This document shows, piece by piece, positions 31,436-40,842 of a stretch of DNA of 64,000 nt. The DNA lies in NCBI GenBank assembly GCA_965238175.1, contig CBDEGZ010000003.1, positions 2,688,001 to 2,752,000 on the forward strand. The letters run 5' to 3'. A program made the translations under genes and the position numbers. The notes below the pieces were generated by a model, which saw only the letters and a list, made by a program, of their open reading frames with translations, did no database searches and was not told the origin of the DNA. The DNA is from Gammaproteobacteria bacterium. Lineage in GTDB: Bacteria; Pseudomonadota; Gammaproteobacteria; CAJXQU01. The first letter of the stretch is position 1, and every line of letters starts with the position of its first letter.

Positions 31436-32029
31436 TCAGTGATCAGATGATCCCCAAAGTTGCTTAACGCGTTTATCACGACCACAACCATGGCGATAGT
31501 AACGATAACGTAACGGATTCTTTTTGTAATAATCCTGGTGATATTTTTCCGCCGCATAAAACTGTGAAGCTTCTATCAATTCAACTTTTATAGGCTCTGA
31601 AAATGGTTTTACTTTTTCAATATTTTCTTTAGAAGCAAGCGTTAATTCTTTTTGATCATCGGTATAAAAAATAGCTGGGCGATATGATGGCCCTGTATCA
31701 CAAAACTGACCATCATCACGAGTGGGATCAATATGTCGCCAGAAGTAGTCTAAAATTTCTGAATAGCTAACCACTTTCGGATCATAAAGCACTTTTACAA
31801 CCTCTATATGTCCCGTACCACCAGCAGATACTTTTTTGTATGTTGGGTTCAACGTATGCCCGCCGCTGAAACCTGAAATGACTTCAGTGACACCTTCCAA
31901 TTTTTCAAAGTCAGCCTCAATACACCAATAGCATCCCCCACCGAGGACAGCAGATTCCATTTTATCTGATGCGCTAAATACTGTGCTAGAAAACAATAAA
32001 AATAGAGAAGAAAGTATTGTGTATTTCAT
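31436..32029 (-). CDS. msrA: Peptide methionine sulfoxide reductase MsrA (with signal peptide)
   Basis: GGCYWC, GHIEVV, AEKYHQDYY; N-terminal signal peptide. Confidence 0.93.
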   Translation of the reverse strand: MKYTILSSLFLLFSSTVFSASDKMESAVLGGGCYWCIEADFEKLEGVTEVISGFSGGHTLNPTYKKVSAGGTGHIEVVKVLYDPKVVSYSEILDYFWRHIDPTRDDGQFCDTGPSYRPAIFYTDDQKELTLASKENIEKVKPFSEPIKVELIEASQFYAAEKYHQDYYKKNPLRYRYYRHGCGRDKRVKQLWGSSDH

Positions 32030-32111
32030 AATAGTTATCCTTATTTATTTATTCGTCGAATCTATAGAACCGCTCTACAGATAAAGGTTCAATTAAGCAT
32101 TAAATTATTTG

Positions 32112-33029
32112 TTACAGATTTTCAAGCGAGTAGCAAACAGATAGTCGATGCTCACAACCCGCTTCAATTGAAATCACATCTTCAGCTGCATTACAGGTTT
32201 CCACACAGATCATTTTCCGGTATCCATCTATTCCCATATCACCCAACCGGGTTGATTTTTCTATCCATGGATTCCAAACAACACTGGAGTGACTACCTTG
32301 TTTCTTGATTCTAATTTTCCGATCAAATCCTTTATCAACAATCACGTTATCATTTGCCGGTTCATCTTGATAAATCCGATCTATTTCACACTCTATTTTG
32401 ATCGACTCCTTTTGTTTTTTATTCTGCCAAGCATCTAAAGTGTCGATATAGTTTTTATTTTCTAATCCTTCAATACGGATATTACTAATATCGCTGATAT
32501 TGAAATAGGTATGGAAAGCACCACCAAGAGTGATCATTTCTCTTCCAGTATTTTTACTGACTAGATCCATCTCTAGTTTTTCACCGATGGTGATTTTCAA
32601 TTCCAGTTCAGCACCATTTAGACGATATTCTTCTAGTACTTTATCCTGATTCAGATGCATTGAAAGAAAAGTTTTTTCATCAGAGATCTTTTCTATTTTG
32701 TTCAACTCCCAAAGTTGGGTTCGTGCATAACCATGTGATGGAAAACGTTGATTTGTTAGATGAGAACCAAACCAGGGCCAACAAATTGGGATCCCTCCTC
32801 GAATAGATTGACCCTTAGTCAAAGTAGCACCTCTGGAGAGCCAGATGACATCCGGTGAATTTTTTATTGTATCTTTTTTTATCCATGACAATAACTGTGC
32901 CCCCTGCAGACAAAGTTTTGCTTTAGATAAAACATTCTCCACATGAACAATTACTAAACCTTCATGACTCGTTTCAAATTCTATTTGCTCAGGAACACCA
33001 AACTTTTTTGTTAATCCAGAAGCATCCAT
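32112..33029 (-). CDS. D-hexose-6-phosphate mutarotase (YeaD-like)
   Basis: IRGGIPICWPWFG, HGYAR, HTYF, EIDRIY, VVWNPW, MICVE. Confidence 0.9.
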   Translation of the reverse strand: MDASGLTKKFGVPEQIEFETSHEGLVIVHVENVLSKAKLCLQGAQLLSWIKKDTIKNSPDVIWLSRGATLTKGQSIRGGIPICWPWFGSHLTNQRFPSHGYARTQLWELNKIEKISDEKTFLSMHLNQDKVLEEYRLNGAELELKITIGEKLEMDLVSKNTGREMITLGGAFHTYFNISDISNIRIEGLENKNYIDTLDAWQNKKQKESIKIECEIDRIYQDEPANDNVIVDKGFDRKIRIKKQGSHSSVVWNPWIEKSTRLGDMGIDGYRKMICVETCNAAEDVISIEAGCEHRLSVCYSLENL

Positions 33030-33062
33030 GGTTTCAAAAATACAAATCGATCATTAAAGTAT

Positions 33063-33827
33063 TCACATCCAGTCCAAACTGTCTTTTGTTGTCCCTTCAG
33101 GATGATATTCAGCGCCCGTCCAACCTTCAAAAATTGAATCGTCGATCGTTTTAAACACCGCGTCAAAGTCAATATTGCCAGTTCCTGGTTGTCCCCGACC
33201 AGGCGTATCAGCAAATTGAATATGGCCAATAATATGTGCATGTTCAAAAATATTTTCACATACATGCTCCCCCATTAGCTCCATATGATAAACATCATAT
33301 TGGAGTCTGATATTCGGGTGTTGTACCTCTTCAAGAATTTCGATCTGTTCCCGAAGCGTGTGTAAGAAAAAACCGGGCACATCTTGATTGTTTACCGCTT
33401 CAAAAACAGTAGTAATCCCCATGGCATCGAAAACCGCCGCCGACTGTCGAAGGTTTGAAATATAAGTTCGGTGATATTCACTGCGCCTCGATTTATCCAG
33501 TTCCCGACCCGCCAGTACATTGACTGATCTCGGTTGTAAAATTTCCGCATAACTCGAACACAGTTCCAGCGCTTGTTTAAATTCTTGTTCTTTTTCCGGA
33601 ATGCTCGCTAAGCCTGAACCACCTTCCATAAGGTCACCAACAGGAACATTGATCAAAACAACCTCAACTCCAGCTTGATCAGCCGCTTTTTTTAAATCGT
33701 GCACTTTTTGATCATATGGGAACTGAATTTCAACCGCTTTAAAACCACAATCAGCCGCTGCTTGAAAACGTTCTAACATTGAATATTCAGTAAAAAGAAC
33801 AGACAGGTTCGCACTAAAATTTGGCAT
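33063..33827 (-). CDS. hyi: Hydroxypyruvate isomerase family protein
   Basis: FSANLS.LFTE, YDVYHM, HIQFADTPGRGQPGTG, EYHP. Confidence 0.88.
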   Translation of the reverse strand: MPNFSANLSVLFTEYSMLERFQAAADCGFKAVEIQFPYDQKVHDLKKAADQAGVEVVLINVPVGDLMEGGSGLASIPEKEQEFKQALELCSSYAEILQPRSVNVLAGRELDKSRRSEYHRTYISNLRQSAAVFDAMGITTVFEAVNNQDVPGFFLHTLREQIEILEEVQHPNIRLQYDVYHMELMGEHVCENIFEHAHIIGHIQFADTPGRGQPGTGNIDFDAVFKTIDDSIFEGWTGAEYHPEGTTKDSLDWM

Positions 33828-33844
33828 AGTTTTTCCTTTTGTTT

Positions 33845-34723
33845 TTATTTTATATAGAGTTCGACAAGTGTTGCAGGATCTTTTTCTAAATATCCAGCAT
33901 CACCATGTTCACGCATCAGCCTTGCACCTAATTCAGACATCGGTATTTGACTACCTTCATTCTGAGATAATGTAACCGCCGTATCCAAATCTTTTAGCAA
34001 AGTCCTCACATGCCATTTAATTGGCTCGAATGTATCTGTCGCCATTTGCGACCCAAGAATTTGTAAAGGTTTGGAATCAGCAAAACCACCAGCTAACGCT
34101 TGAGGCATTTTTTCCGCGTCTATACCGGCTTTTCTAGCCAGAGCTATCACCTCTGCTATCACCAGTGCATTACAACTCACGATCATTTGGTTACATACTT
34201 TGGTAATTTGTCCTGCACCACTTTCACCCATGTAAGTAAAACGTTGTGAAATGGATTCCATCAACAAGCAAAGTTGATCAAAAACTTTCTTTTCACCGCC
34301 TGCCATAACAGCCAAAGTGCCCTGCTCTGCTCCAACAACTCCACCAGAAACAGGCGCATCGATCCAATCCATTCCACATTGTTGTTTTAATCGATCAGAA
34401 AATTCTCGTGTCGCTTCCGGTTTAATACTTGATAAATCAACCAGGATCTTTCCTTTCGAGCCACCTTCAACAATGCCGTTTTTACCGAAAACAACATGTT
34501 CAACGACATCAGTATCAGCCAGGGAAAGTAAAATAACTTCTGCGGTTTGAGCGACGTCTTTTGGTGTTTGCGTCTGGATAGCACCCTGCTTGATGACTTT
34601 ATCAAGTTTCTCTTGAGTACGGTTCCATACTTTGACAGAAAACCCTGCATCAAGCAGACGTAGTGTTATAGGCTCTCCCATCAAGCCAATGCCAAGGAAA
34701 CCCAGCGTTGGTCTTTGATCCAT
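33845..34723 (-). CDS. NAD(P)-dependent beta-hydroxyacid dehydrogenase (tartronate semialdehyde reductase-like); start probably ATG 34723
   Basis: GFLGIGLMG, DAPVSGG, GAGQITKVCNQ, KDL. Confidence 0.88.
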   Translation of the reverse strand: MDQRPTLGFLGIGLMGEPITLRLLDAGFSVKVWNRTQEKLDKVIKQGAIQTQTPKDVAQTAEVILLSLADTDVVEHVVFGKNGIVEGGSKGKILVDLSSIKPEATREFSDRLKQQCGMDWIDAPVSGGVVGAEQGTLAVMAGGEKKVFDQLCLLMESISQRFTYMGESGAGQITKVCNQMIVSCNALVIAEVIALARKAGIDAEKMPQALAGGFADSKPLQILGSQMATDTFEPIKWHVRTLLKDLDTAVTLSQNEGSQIPMSELGARLMREHGDAGYLEKDPATLVELYIK

Positions 34724-34812
34724 GATTATTGTGCTCCCCCCTTTTTCGGTAAATATCATCAACAAACTATTTCTTACTGACAATACGGAAAGCTGCGCTA
34801 TATCACAAGTTT

Positions 34813-34983
34813 TATACCCGTAATACTTGGAAATGCGTGTTTAGACGACTCCAAGGATAGAGTCGTGCTAACTCCCCTTATCTACATCTTGTGGGCAACG
34901 CGCTACCATGGATGAAAAGGGGGATGACGTGCATGGATAGACAAGAGCAGCCTAATGGACATTTCTAAATATCACGGGGTATA
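34813..34983. mobile_element. ERIC-like MITE (family B)
   Basis: TATACCCGTAATACTTGGAAATG ... CATTTCTAAATATCACGGGGTATA imperfect TIRs; internal hairpin ACGACTC-CAAGGATA-GAGTCGT. Confidence 0.7.
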
Positions 34984-34996
34984 TCCTGAAAAAAGA

Positions 34997-37078
34997 TTAA
35001 AACAACTCTTCAACAGTATCGTCGGAGTTGGTTGTTACCGATTTAGAGAAAGGATTTAGATGCCCTGTATCTGAATTATCCTCATGAAAATCAAACTCAT
35101 CTTTTTCCTTATCTAAATACCCATCTTTCTGTTGTTGCAACCAAGGCGGTGATTCTTGATCGTGATCTTTCATATTCACAAAGTGATTGTTATCTTCAAT
35201 TGCTCCACCAATCTGAATATGCTCAGAAATAAATGAATCTTCGTTCACTTTGGCAGTACTTTCCGGCTCTATAAGAATAAGATCATCTTCACCTAAAGTA
35301 TTAAATTCTTCTAATATGATCTGATCATCTGTAAGTTCCAATGCCTCAGTTTCTTTTTGCCTGAACTCATTTTTATTTATCTTTGTTTCGATAAGTTCGA
35401 GCATTAAATTTTCTTCAGTAGTAGAAAATACATCATCTAAACTTTCATCGTAGTTCTGATATTGCGGTTTTATCTTTACCAAATCCACAGGATCTGTTTG
35501 TACCATTTCCAATTCATTATCGGATGTTATGTCAACAGGTTCGTCCATCAGGGTTGTTTGAGCAGGTAACCTTTCTTCAACGCCTAGCATAGATATATCT
35601 TCTTCATTGAAGTCAATTATCAGATTTTCATTAGGTAAAGGTAAAATATCAGAATCAATCGACTCTGATTGTACATCGTCTAACGTATCTACATGTGTAG
35701 GATCACTTGCTATTAAACCCTCACTCATAGATATATCTTCTTCATTGAAGTCAATTATCAGATTTTCATTAGGTAAAGGTAAAATATCAGAGTCAATCGA
35801 CTCTGATTGTACATCGTCTAATGTATCTACATGTGTAGGATCACTTGCTATTAAACCCTCACTCATAAATATATCTTCTTCATTGAAGTCAATTATCAGA
35901 TTTTCATTAGGTAAAGGTAAAATATCAGAGTCAATCGACTCTAATTGTACATCGTCTAACGTATCTACATGTGTAGGATCACTTGCTATTAAACCCTCAC
36001 TAAATCCATTGTTTGTTAATGAGACTTCTGTTAAATCACCTATAGAAACTTCAGGTTGTCTACCGTTTTTTTTTGACTCAGTCAAGTCTACTTTCTTTTC
36101 TACAGCATCTAATACCTGACCTTCGTTAGGGCCAGATAACACCGTTTCCAGAATACTCTTCTGTTGAACTGGTTCGATATTACTTTCAGAAATAACCGTA
36201 TCCAAACGATCTGCAACAAGTACATCTATCATGTCTTCAACAAGTGAGTTTTGAAAATCTATATCAGAGAAATCGTTATCCATTTCTCGTACTATATTTA
36301 ACACATCAGTTGCAGAAACTATATCCGTCCCTTTCAGACAAGCAGCTAACAGAATCCTTTCACAAATCATATTGATCTTCGCAGGGATCCCTTTTGAATG
36401 TTGATGAACAGCAATGAATGCTTCAGGAGAAATTGCTGGGTTACCAATCCAACCCACCGTTCTTAAGCGATGGAAGATATAGGCTTTTGTTTGCTGTTGG
36501 TCAAAATATTCCAAGTGATATTTCGCCACGATTCTTTGTTTTAATGGTTCAAAATTATCTGAAGAGATCTGTTCTTTTAAACGCGTTTGTCCAAATAGAA
36601 TTATTTGGATCAAAGAATTGTTATCAGAGATAATATTCATCAACATTCGTAATTCGTCGATTGCTGAATCTGATAAACTTTGTGCTTCGTCTACTATAAC
36701 TACGACTCGTTGATTATTCGTTTGACACTCTAATAAAAGATGCTCAATCGACTTCAACAAGCTGACTTTTGATAAATCTTCGTAGGGAAGGTTTAGCTCT
36801 GCTGCCACATAACGCAATAATTCACCGCTATCTAACTGGGTATTAACAATTCGAGCTATAACAATATTAGTATCATCCAACATATACTGTAGCGCGGTCA
36901 TCAAGGTTGTTTTACCCATTCCTGAATCACCGGTAACTACAATAAAACCCTGCCCATTCCCCAAACCTTCGCCAAGATACAACAACGCTTTTTTATGCGT
37001 ATTACTGTTAAAGTAAAAACGTGGATCTGGGTTTATACCGAATGGTTTCCCACTGAATTTGAAATAGTTAACGTACAT
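34997..37078 (-). CDS. ExeA/PEP-CTERM-ATPase-like AAA protein with a long acidic repetitive C-terminus
   Basis: MY..YF.F..KPF...PDPRF, GDSGMGKTT Walker A, VIVDEAQ Walker B, GQ, GIP..IN; about 400 aa D/E-rich tail. Confidence 0.85.
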   Translation of the reverse strand: MYVNYFKFSGKPFGINPDPRFYFNSNTHKKALLYLGEGLGNGQGFIVVTGDSGMGKTTLMTALQYMLDDTNIVIARIVNTQLDSGELLRYVAAELNLPYEDLSKVSLLKSIEHLLLECQTNNQRVVVIVDEAQSLSDSAIDELRMLMNIISDNNSLIQIILFGQTRLKEQISSDNFEPLKQRIVAKYHLEYFDQQQTKAYIFHRLRTVGWIGNPAISPEAFIAVHQHSKGIPAKINMICERILLAACLKGTDIVSATDVLNIVREMDNDFSDIDFQNSLVEDMIDVLVADRLDTVISESNIEPVQQKSILETVLSGPNEGQVLDAVEKKVDLTESKKNGRQPEVSIGDLTEVSLTNNGFSEGLIASDPTHVDTLDDVQLESIDSDILPLPNENLIIDFNEEDIFMSEGLIASDPTHVDTLDDVQSESIDSDILPLPNENLIIDFNEEDISMSEGLIASDPTHVDTLDDVQSESIDSDILPLPNENLIIDFNEEDISMLGVEERLPAQTTLMDEPVDITSDNELEMVQTDPVDLVKIKPQYQNYDESLDDVFSTTEENLMLELIETKINKNEFRQKETEALELTDDQIILEEFNTLGEDDLILIEPESTAKVNEDSFISEHIQIGGAIEDNNHFVNMKDHDQESPPWLQQQKDGYLDKEKDEFDFHEDNSDTGHLNPFSKSVTTNSDDTVEELF
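35588..36001. repeat. Three near-identical tandem 138-bp (46 aa) repeats in frame
   Basis: Units start at 35588, 35726 and 35864; each encodes SEGLIASDPTHVDTLDDVQxESIDSDILPLPNENLIIDFNEEDIxM. Confidence 0.97.
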
Positions 37079-37133
37079 TTCCTTGTTCGTTTTTCCGACG
37101 ACACTCCATAAATAACAACCTTGTTACCTAGTT

Positions 37134-37160
37134 GTGTCGGCAAAAGCTCACATCTCTTTA
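37134..37160 (-). promoter_or_regulatory. Sigma28 (FliA)-type promoter upstream of the ExeA-like ATPase
   Basis: Minus strand TAAAGAGA-N11-GCCGACAC versus consensus TAAAGTTT-N11-GCCGATAA. Confidence 0.6.
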
Positions 37161-37180
37161 ATCGGACTTTGAGATTCTTC

Positions 37181-38050
37181 CTATTCTTTATGACAGGTTC
37201 CAATCGAATTTTTGGCACAAATTTGGCCATCTTTCCAAACTGCCTGATCGAGAATGGCGCCTTGTAAATCTGCCCCATCAAGATCAGCACCTCTAAGATC
37301 TGCATGACTTAGATCTGCCTTAATCAATGATGCAGCTTGTAAAACAGCCAAGCTAAGATTTACACCTTTTAAACTAACTCTGTCCAAATTAGCATTCGTC
37401 AGATTCGCACCAGCAAGATCAGAATAGGAAAGATCGGCTTCAGTCAAATTCGTACCCTGGAGATCAACTCCGATCAATGATGCATTTCTGATCAAAGCTG
37501 CAGATAGATTTTTTTGGCTAAAATTTAAATTATCAAAATCACAATTATCCCAAACAACACCCGGTTCGGAAGGTGCTTCGCAGTCAATAAAAATTAGTGG
37601 ATCAGAACCTTTCAAAAAGAATCCCAATATAACAATCGCAATGATTGTAAAAATAATTGACTTAACCGGAAAACGTTCTTCCTTACGGCTTTCATGTATC
37701 GCATCTAAGAGCTGTGTTCGGCCTTTTCTACGTGCAATATCTTCCTCAGATTCAGGTTCTCGTCGATCTACTTTTTTACGTTTTTTTTGTGCTGATTCAG
37801 GTTGGGTATCAGCTGCTTGTTCTCGTCTATCAAGACCACTACGTTCTTCATCCTTCAAAAGTGATTCGGTTTCATCACTTGAAAACAGTTCTGGAAAATC
37901 ACTAGCCGCTATCCAACTTTGCTGATCATTACTTAATTTATCGGTGGGCTTAAGGCGTCCGAGTTTCCCCAGTTTGGTTAAAACGACATGTGTAAATGGA
38001 CCCTGGATTTTTTCACCACGTTTAACAAACCACTTTTTACTGTCTGTCAT
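37181..38050 (-). CDS. Pentapeptide-repeat membrane protein with N-terminal GYF_2-like domain
   Basis: WFVKRGEKIQGPF GYF_2-like motif, ERRxxxDRR-like repeats, one TM, A(D/N)LxxA pentapeptide repeats bracketed by Cys. Confidence 0.8.
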   Translation of the reverse strand: MTDSKKWFVKRGEKIQGPFTHVVLTKLGKLGRLKPTDKLSNDQQSWIAASDFPELFSSDETESLLKDEERSGLDRREQAADTQPESAQKKRKKVDRREPESEEDIARRKGRTQLLDAIHESRKEERFPVKSIIFTIIAIVILGFFLKGSDPLIFIDCEAPSEPGVVWDNCDFDNLNFSQKNLSAALIRNASLIGVDLQGTNLTEADLSYSDLAGANLTNANLDRVSLKGVNLSLAVLQAASLIKADLSHADLRGADLDGADLQGAILDQAVWKDGQICAKNSIGTCHKE

Positions 38051-38062
38051 AAGCAATTTTAC

Positions 38063-38089
38063 TCAAGTTTTATGCCAATTAGTCGCTAA
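38063..38089 (+). promoter_or_regulatory. Sigma28-type promoter of the FliK-like/FlhB-like pair
   Basis: TCAAGTTT-N11-GTCGCTAA. Confidence 0.5.
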
Positions 38090-38096
38090 TAATTGG

Positions 38097-39296
38097 ATGA
38101 ATAGTCCGGTTCAAACTTCTCAACAATCAGGTCAAATTGCACAAACAAATACAGCAATTCAAAAACCTGTCCAAACTCAGCTATTGCAACCACAAAATGC
38201 AACGGCGACGGCGATTAAAAATTGGGCTACAGGACAACTCATAAAAGCCACTGTCCTGGAACAATTATCAAATTCATCACTTTTATTAAAAGTTGGCAAT
38301 TTAAAGCTCTCGGCTAATACGAATGTTCTTTTATCTGCCGGATCACAACTTAACTTGAAAGTTATCCGTACTGGTGAACAACCTTCTTTACAAATTATAC
38401 AAAATAATCCTAAATCTGCTGAACAAACTAATCTTAATGCATTAAGACAAATCTTACCAAAACAGGCACCACTCGCAGAATTTTTTTCCAATATAAAAAA
38501 CATTAGCTCGGGGGAACAACGTCTCCCACTAACCGTACAACAAGCACTCAATGTGATTCAGGCCGGATTAGCGTCGCGGGCGGATTTAACTAATCCAGAA
38601 AAAATAAAAAAAGCACTTAAAGAAAGTGGTGTTTTTCTTGAATCAAACCTGGGCAAATCAAATTCAACTAAATCAGCAGGATCAAACCTTATTGAAGGTG
38701 ATTTAAAAGGTAAATTATTACGCCTTGTAACCTTAATCAGTAGCGAAAGCACCAGTTCAACTAAACAAACAGAACAAAAACAAGGTACGTCTAATAACAG
38801 TTTGCTGAGCTTTCTATCAAATAATAAATTAATCCCCGAATTACAACGTCATGTTGAATCAGCCATAGCTCGCATACAATTAAACCAGCTTAATTCTCTA
38901 CCTGTTACAGAACAAAACCAACATGCCATTCTTTTAGAATTACCTATAAAAGAAAAAGAAAAGATTGATATTATTTCTCTCAAAATAAGTGAAGAAGAAA
39001 ATCAAAAGGAAGATCAAGAATCACAAAAGCAATGGGCAATAAATTTATCGTTCAAATTAGAAGGTTTAGGGAGTTTACATGCAAAATTAGTTTTGGGTGG
39101 CCATAAAATTCAAGCCACTTTGTGGGCAGAAGATCAAACTACTTTTGAGTTAATACAAAACAATATCGACCTATTACAACAACGCCTAACAGACGTTGAA
39201 TTTATTGATCCAAAAGTAAATTGCTATCAAGGTAAACCAGAACCAACCAATTCCATTAATCCAGCAAATAAAGATTTGATCGACATAAAAATATGA
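38097..39296 (+). CDS. Second FliK-like (hook-length control domain) protein; start probably ATG 38097
   Basis: SGVFLE, DLKGKLL, ARIQLNQL, W.INLSFKLEGLG.L...ATLWAE; ends LIDIKI; overlaps the next gene (ATGA). Confidence 0.8.
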   Translation: MNSPVQTSQQSGQIAQTNTAIQKPVQTQLLQPQNATATAIKNWATGQLIKATVLEQLSNSSLLLKVGNLKLSANTNVLLSAGSQLNLKVIRTGEQPSLQIIQNNPKSAEQTNLNALRQILPKQAPLAEFFSNIKNISSGEQRLPLTVQQALNVIQAGLASRADLTNPEKIKKALKESGVFLESNLGKSNSTKSAGSNLIEGDLKGKLLRLVTLISSESTSSTKQTEQKQGTSNNSLLSFLSNNKLIPELQRHVESAIARIQLNQLNSLPVTEQNQHAILLELPIKEKEKIDIISLKISEEENQKEDQESQKQWAINLSFKLEGLGSLHAKLVLGGHKIQATLWAEDQTTFELIQNNIDLLQQRLTDVEFIDPKVNCYQGKPEPTNSINPANKDLIDIKI

Positions 39297-39556
39297 AAAC
39301 AGATATAGCCATTGCCTTAAACTATGATGAAGCCTCTGCACCAAAAGTCACGGCAAAAGGTAAAGGTCTCATCGCTGAAGAAATACTCAAACTTGCGTCA
39401 GAAAATGATATTCCTATCAAAGAAGAGCCAGAATTGGTTGAATTGTTAGCCACCGTAGAACTCGGCGATCAAATTCCAGAAGCCTTATATGTCGCAGTCG
39501 CTGAAGTTATCGCCTTTGCTTATAGTTTAAAAGGGAAAGTTATTAGCGAAAACTAA
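39293..39556 (+). CDS. FlhB C-terminal-like (EscU/YscU family) small protein
   Basis: AIALNYD...APKVTAKG.G.IAEEI...IPEALY.AVAEVIAF. Confidence 0.9.
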   Translation: MKTDIAIALNYDEASAPKVTAKGKGLIAEEILKLASENDIPIKEEPELVELLATVELGDQIPEALYVAVAEVIAFAYSLKGKVISEN

Positions 39557-39575
39557 AACATTTATGACTTCAAGG

Positions 39576-40801
39576 TGTAGAAGTTTAGACCCAATCTGAC
39601 ACATCACTAAATCAAGCGGAGCGTAGCGACGCTTGATTTAGTGAGAGTTACCCGCTTTGATGTAACTGCAACGTAAACATCAAAACACAAAGAGGTAACT
39701 CTCATGATTCATACTAATGACAAAGTTATAAAACATAAAGTTGGTCTACTCAATCTCGCTGAAGAACTCGGCAATGTCTCAAAAGCCTGCAAGATGATGG
39801 GTTTGTCCAGAGATACATTTTATCGCTACAAAGAAGCGGCTGATGAAGGCGGTGTAGAAGCCTTGTTTGATCGTAATCGGCGTACCCCAAATCTTAAAAA
39901 CAGAATCGACCCGGCTATTGAAACCGTTGTGCTCGAGTATGCACTGGAAGAGCCCGCACATGGTCAAACGCGCACCAGTAACGAGCTGCGCAAACGGGGA
40001 ACATTTGTCTCACCCAGTGGCGTTCGTTGTATCTGGCTTCGTCATGGTCTTGCTTGCTTTAAAGATCGCCTGAAGGCATTGTCTGATAAGGTAGCTGGTG
40101 AAGGCTTGATCCTCACTGAGTCTCAAGTCGCGGCGATGGAACGCAAGAAAGACGACGATGAGGCTTGTGGCGAGATAGAAACGGCACACCCTGGTTATCT
40201 TGGCTCGCAAGATACTTACTATGTCGGTACTTTCAAAGGCATTGGTTGGGTTTATCAACAAACGTTTGTTGATACTTACAGCAAGGTCGCTCACGCGAAA
40301 CTGTACCCGACTAAAACACCGATTACGGCAGCTGACATGCTCAATGACCGCGTCCTCCCATTCTACGAAGAACAACGTTTGCCTATGTTGCGCATTTTGA
40401 CAGATAGAGGGACGGAGTATTGTGGGCGAGCTGACCAGCATGATTATCAGCTTTATATGGCGTTGAACAATATCGAACACACCAAAACCAAGGTCAAATC
40501 ACCTCAGACGAATGGTATTTGTGAGCGATTCCATAAGACGATCCTCAATGAGTTTTATCAAGTCGCTTTGCGTAAGAAAATTTACCAATCGATTGATGAA
40601 CTGCAACTCGACCTTGACGAATGGTTGCTCAAATACAATACTCAACGAACTCACCAAGGCAAAATGTGCTGCGGGAGGACGCCGATGGAAACACTCATCG
40701 ACGGACAAGCTATCTGGAAGGAAAAGTTTGTGAATTAAACTTAACCTGACAGTCGGTTACTGATAATTGGGTAACTGTCAGATCAAATCTGAATTTCTAC
40801 A
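39576..40801 (+). mobile_element. IS481-family insertion sequence, apparently complete
   Basis: TGT...ACA ends (TGTAGAAGTTTAGACCCAATCTGACA / TGTCAGATCAAATCTGAATTTCTACA); 8 bp direct repeat CTTCAAGG at 39568-39575 and 40802-40809. Confidence 0.93.
39704..40738 (+). CDS. IS481-family DDE transposase
   Basis: N-terminal HTH (GNVSKACKMMGLSRDTFYRY), SQDT, LTDRGTEY, PQTNGICERF. Confidence 0.95.
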   Translation: MIHTNDKVIKHKVGLLNLAEELGNVSKACKMMGLSRDTFYRYKEAADEGGVEALFDRNRRTPNLKNRIDPAIETVVLEYALEEPAHGQTRTSNELRKRGTFVSPSGVRCIWLRHGLACFKDRLKALSDKVAGEGLILTESQVAAMERKKDDDEACGEIETAHPGYLGSQDTYYVGTFKGIGWVYQQTFVDTYSKVAHAKLYPTKTPITAADMLNDRVLPFYEEQRLPMLRILTDRGTEYCGRADQHDYQLYMALNNIEHTKTKVKSPQTNGICERFHKTILNEFYQVALRKKIYQSIDELQLDLDEWLLKYNTQRTHQGKMCCGRTPMETLIDGQAIWKEKFVN

Positions 40802-40842
40802 CTTCAAGGTAAAGTCAGATGGGAAAATATTCAGCTCAATCA

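Noticed and set aside
37944-38096. N-terminal extension of the FliK-like ORF overlapping the divergent gene
   Set aside because: It overlaps a real minus-strand gene; ATG 38097 after a sigma28-like site is more plausible
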